Source: Octopus vulgaris (Eukaryota). From it: a DNA stretch of 64,000 nucleotides. Shown one piece after another: positions 55,443 through 64,000 of this stretch. Position numbers and translations under genes: made by a program. Under the pieces are notes generated by a model that saw nothing but the letters and a program-made list of their open reading frames with translations, did not search any database and was not told the origin of the DNA. Numbering within the stretch: position 1 is the first letter of the stretch; every line of letters starts with the position of its first letter. The stretch is taken from NCBI GenBank assembly GCA_951406725.2, contig OX597822.1, forward strand, positions 53,382,001 through 53,446,000, in the 5' to 3' direction.

Positions 55443-55737
55443 TGCATATGAATGTATAACATTGAGATGAGAGTATCAAAGTTTTAAAAGAGATTGTCTC
55501 ATGCTGTGTAGTTTGATGCCAAAGTGAACATAAGTGTGTATTTCAGTTATAAATAGATAGATAGAAGGATAGATAGATTGAGAGAAAGAGAGAGGGAGAG
55601 CGAGAGAAATTAATTATATAAACCGTTTACATAACATGAAACGCCAGCATCACTAGGTTTATTATGGTTGGTTACCAATACTATGTTAATATATGTATAT
55701 ATTTGCATATATGTATATATATGCATATATGTATATA

Positions 55738-55781
<44 letters not shown>

Positions 55782-55940
55782 TGTATATATATATGTGTGT
55801 GTGTGATTGCGTGTGTGTATGTATGTATATATGTATGTATGTATATATATATGTATCTATATGTATATATATATGTATATTTATTTTTGTATATATATAT
55901 ATATATGTAAATATATATGTATATATATATGTACATATAC

Positions 55941-56005
<65 letters not shown>

Positions 56006-56417
56006 CATATATATATTTGGTTATTTGTGAAGTAATATATAGAAACAATTTAACATTAAACTTCGGCATTAAAAAATACAGGATGTTGGCTGATAAGCCG
56101 AAACCTCGAAGGCAGTGTCATCGTTTCCTTTTAAAAATTAATATATGTATGTGTTATTTAGTAATGTTATTCAACTTGTAAAACAACAAATACATTTAGT
56201 GATAGTGGAAATTTGTAAGTTACGTACTGAGAAATTTATTAATAATATCGAATTGACAGTGATCCCATGTTTTGCCCTTAATGGCTTAGTCAACCTGCTA
56301 AATTATGAACAAGGGATATTCATTATTGTACCGAGACTATTGGTTAAATAAATATATAAGTAAAAGGACAGATAGATACACAGATAGGTAAAGAGGGAGA
56401 TAGATAGGTTGGTAGGC

Positions 56418-56484
<67 letters not shown>

Positions 56485-56525
56485 AGGAAAGGGAGAAAGA
56501 AGGAAAGGGAGAAAGAAAGAAAGAG

Positions 56526-56559
<34 letters not shown>

Positions 56560-57118
56560 GAAGAAGGAAAGAAAGACATATTCTTGTGTGGGTGTTGTCA
56601 ACATTCTAACATACAGAACAGAGAGTAGGATATTGAATACTTCCAGAAATGGCGTATGTTATATATCATTTTAGCTGTAACTATTTTACAAAGTTAATCT
56701 TGTTTTGTGCTTTGCGAACATGTTTGCAACCAGTAATCAAAATTGAGTCGGGATGGTAACGATATATACAATATTTGTTTGAAAGGAGCGGCAGAAAAGA
56801 GGGGGAAAGTAAAAAAAAGCAGATGAATGCGGACTGAAAGAAAGGAAAGTAAAGCATCGCAGAGCTCAAGTTCCAGTGCTAAGTTGTAGAGGGAGAAGTG
56901 AGGGCTGAAGTAATTTTGGACCGAGAGTATTTGGCTTTTACTTCATTGCTCCTCACATCTTTCAGAGCTTAATTCTATATCACTTAGTTCTCACGTTCTC
57001 CTCTCTCCATTCCTCCTCTTCTCCTCCTTCAATCTAGCCCTCAAATATATATATATATACTGAAATATATACACATATATAGGTCCATATGTATACGTAT
57101 TTATAAATATATATATAT

Positions 57119-57192
<74 letters not shown>

Positions 57193-57375
57193 TTTAAGCA
57201 TTCACATAGCATATAATCGCTAGTTGTGAACGTGATCAGTTGAATCGAAGCAAGATTAACACTGCGATCTCTTCACATATAATATATATATAAATATATA
57301 TCGTATATAAATGTGTGTAGGGGAGTATGCAAATATATGTATATGTGTCTGTGCTTCCATAACTATATATATATA

Positions 57376-57433
<58 letters not shown>

Positions 57434-57457
57434 CACTCAAATTCAAGCGCACATACA

Positions 57458-57501
<44 letters not shown>

Positions 57502-57532
57502 CATACACTCAAATTCAAGCGCACATACACAC

Positions 57533-57589
<57 letters not shown>

Positions 57590-58213
57590 CACACACACAT
57601 GTGTGTGTTTCCGTGTGTGTATGAGTGTGTATGTAAAGGCGTGTGTCTCAGTGTGTGTTTCTGTGTGCTCTGTCTTCTGTATCAATCATTCAGAATATGT
57701 ATATACACATATACATAATATATACATAAATATATGTATATATATATATATACCTATATACACATACATATACATACATATATTTATATATATGTTTGCA
57801 TATTTATGTAATACATATATATACATATATGCATACATATATATATAAATAGATAGATATGCATATATATACGCATATATATATATGTGTGTGTCTGTGT
57901 GTATGGAGGAAAAAACTTGTTTAAATCTCTGTGAGAGTTGTGTCTATATATATACATTCATACATATATATATATGTGTGTATATATATGTGTATATGTA
58001 TTATATGTATATATACATACATATATACACATATATAAGAATATATATATACGTTTATACATGTACATGAATGTATGTATGTATGTATGTATGTATATAT
58101 ATATAAGTGTATATATATGTGTATGTATATATATTTATATATATATGTATGTATATGTATATATATAAGTATATGTATATATATATATATGTATGTATGA
58201 ATGTCTATCTATA

Positions 58214-58251
<38 letters not shown>

Positions 58252-58297
58252 TATATATATCTGTATATATATATATATATATAATAACATGTATGTA

Positions 58298-58354
<57 letters not shown>

Positions 58355-58383
58355 GCACACGCACCCCCGTTGTGTTTGTGTGT

Positions 58384-58439
<56 letters not shown>

Positions 58440-58912
58440 ATATATTTATATCAAGCTAATATTATTAATACATGATGCATCTCAGCTCTTGGAAGTAAGC
58501 AATAACAGTTCTGAAATATAGAATAGAATTTTGGCTGTGATAACATAAAAACGATTCAGTTGTATTGATTAAATATGAAGAAGAAAAAAGCGTCGGGCTG
58601 AGTGAATGGGTTACTTACCAATGTGAATACGCGAGAGAAGTTTGATGACAACCGAAATTTGTATGTATAACAGATAGGGAAGTGAAGGGAAGAAAAAGGG
58701 GATGTGTTGTTGTATCTAATGGTGCAGGTGATGCACCATTAATGGTTATATCATTGGGTAAATTACTGGGTTATAGAGATTAAAAGTAACGTGTGAAATG
58801 GATAGTTGTCAGCGACATTACTTTGGAAGAAGAAATATAAAATCGAAGGAAGAAACTCATATGCCTCATATACGTATGAATACATATATATGTATATATA
58901 CATATATATATG

Positions 58913-58943
<31 letters not shown>

Positions 58944-59051
58944 GTTATATATATATACATATATGTAAATATATATATATATATGTATACATATACACGT
59001 ATACATGTATATACATATATATACGTGCATATATATATATATATACGTGCA

Positions 59052-59087
<36 letters not shown>

Positions 59088-59145
59088 CATATACGTATAT
59101 ATGTATACTATATTTATGTATATGTATATATATTTATGTTTAAGC

Positions 59146-59179
<34 letters not shown>

Positions 59180-59428
59180 GTATATTTATACATATATATA
59201 TATTTATATTTATACGTATATATATATATGTATTAATGTATGTATATAAGTATGTATGCATTATGTATGTATATGTGTATGTGTGTTTGTATATATGTAT
59301 GTATGTATACGACAGGATTCTTTCAGTTTCTGTCTACCAAATCCATTCACAATCACCGCACAATGTGGGTGGAACCAACCCTGTTGTCACAAAGCCCCAC
59401 TTGTATATATATATATAAATATTATATA

Positions 59429-62220
<2,792 letters not shown>

Positions 62221-62237
62221 TTTATCTCATTATGAAA

Positions 62238-62287
<50 letters not shown>

Positions 62288-62292
<5 letters not shown>

Positions 62293-62503
62293 CATTTCGG
62301 GATCGTCATTGTTTTTCCTTTTTGCCAAATAAGCACACGCACTATATATTCGTTCTTCACGCGTTTACTGCTCTTCTTATTTTACCTGATGTTCATTGTC
62401 CAGAAATCTTTCGTTACATGTATCTGCCTGCTCCATATGACCAAGCGGAGCTTAGTGCGTATGTTTATTTGGCAAAAAAAAATTACCGTCCCGAAATATA
62501 ACA
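62288..62503. mobile_element. Short TIR element (MITE) with TG...CA ends
   Basis: TGTTGCATTTCGGGA..TTTTGCCAAATAAGCACACGCACTA pairs with TAGTGCGTATGTTTATTTGGCAAAA..TCCCGAAATATAACA. Confidence 0.7.
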
Positions 62504-63619
62504 ACATCTGTTTCAACACACGGTTTCACATCAGGAATCTTGCCACACAATTCACAAACGTGTGTGTGTGTGTGTGTGTGCGTGTGAAATTTGACAGCTG
62601 ACCACTGCTGCTGCTACCTGCGGTTGTTTTTAGTTTAAGAGGCAAAGAGAAATAGGGTTTGCTAAGAAATAAAAGGGGGAAAATTTCCCTCAAGGGGAGG
62701 GCATTGCTGAGAGAGAGATTTGTTTTATATATGCTTATTTTATTATGCCTCTATATGATTAATTCTTATTTGTTTTTCTTTATATATATATATATGTGTG
62801 TTTGTGTATGTGTGTGTTCATGTATGAATGTATATGTATAGCTATGCTACGTATACTGCATTTAGCTTATGTATACAGTTTACCATATTCAGATTTGCTT
62901 AGTTTTTTAATCGACGCAATGAATTAAATATCTTGATGTCTCTATTGACGAAGTTTCTCGAAATACTCACAACATCATTAGTGAAAATGATGCGGAACAT
63001 ATGGCTCTTATATCCAGCTATATATTATATTATAAACCTATTAGCATAACTGCTCGGGCTATTTAACAGCAAAGATTAAACGCTTAGTTGAGCGTTTAGT
63101 CTAAGCTAAATGCAATGTTGAGGGTCGCAGCATTGCATTTCAAAAGCATGCTAAATAAGGACAAAGAAAAAGTGACCCCAGTTTTAGAGCAAATTTGGGT
63201 GTAAGAGGTCAGTTTAGGGACAGAAAACAACTTACAAAATCTCTCTTTAGTGAATATATTCCATATCTGTACCACTTATCGCGGTCCTGGATCAAAGTTT
63301 AGAGCTGTTGTTTACTTCCCGCTCCATACTTGCTGATAAAATTTGGCTACACCATAGAACACTAAAGTTGGGTGATATCGCACATTACATACACACACAC
63401 ACCACACACATATACGCGTAAATATACATACATTTGTAAATCTATTTGTCAATGTTTCAACGAGAGACATTCAGTAACAGTACTCTACAGTAGAGATTAT
63501 TTGCCAACATAATGTGGCAGTCGAATGTAACTGTTATTTAGTCCCATGAAACATCGACTCCAGCTGGCTATTCGACACACTATCTGCGTCCTTATGTTTT
63601 CGAAGAAGAAAAGAGTTCA

Positions 63620-63990
63620 GAAAGGTGAAAGAAGTGAGAAAAGAAGTGTTAGTTGGTGGTCAGGATAATGTGAAGGGAGGATGGGAGAGGAGTGGGGAAG
63701 GGGTGGATAGGAAAATATGAAAAGGTGATCCACCCCTCCTCTCTCCTGTCCCTTCCTCCTCTGACATTATCTTTACCACCAACTGCCACTCCTTTTCTCA
63801 CTTCTTTTACTCTTTCTTCACTTTTATCATCCTTTTCGCTTTTTTTCTTTCTCTTTCTCTTTATCTCTTCATTTCACATCGTCTCTGCTGAAGGGATAAT
63901 ATACCAGAAACAGCTGTAAGACTATATCTATATCTCTTTCCTTATAAATGTCCTGAAAAATCCTCACAGCCTTGACTTTATTTTTGTCTA
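63620..63990 (+). mobile_element. Penelope pseudo-LTR with inverted 5' segment and hammerhead-like motif (63881-63922)
   Basis: 63623-63707 is inverted relative to 63729-63812. The motif reads GTCT-CTGCTGA-AGGGATAATATACCA-GAAAC-AGCT-GTA-AGAC. The downstream TATAAATGT.CT..CACAGCCTTG is shared with 62185-62217. Confidence 0.7.
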
Positions 63991-64000
63991 ATATATATAT

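Overview
This is AT-rich, microsatellite-saturated animal genomic DNA. The (TA)n/(CA)n/(ATT)n/(GATA)n load and the SINE families point to an octopus-type coleoid cephalopod (inference). The only host coding sequence I can support is the first coding exon (6683-6887, + strand) of a stargazin/TARP (CACNG, claudin/PMP22 superfamily) gene. No second exon was recognised, so the remaining ~57 kb is probably one large intron. Almost all ORFs in the track are microsatellite translations. The window is packed with transposon debris: R4/Dong RLE retrotransposons in (TAA)n, several tRNA-derived SINE families, a young CR1-type LINE, mariners, tandem Helitrons, MITEs, a Gypsy protease remnant and Penelope-like elements (Naiad-like and Poseidon-like). 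The most notable unannotated signal is at least 8 type I hammerhead ribozyme motifs of several different sequence families, in Penelope pseudo-LTRs or short (TA)n-embedded elements. One has a ~110-nt expanded stem II, and two form a back-to-back inverted pair. Also notable are a ~560-bp non-coding element found only in (TAA)n, SINE tails that appear to create the R4/Dong target sites, and a ~1.5-kb inversion with an inverted breakpoint duplication that splits a mariner. All alignments and folds were done by eye, and repeat boundaries are approximate.
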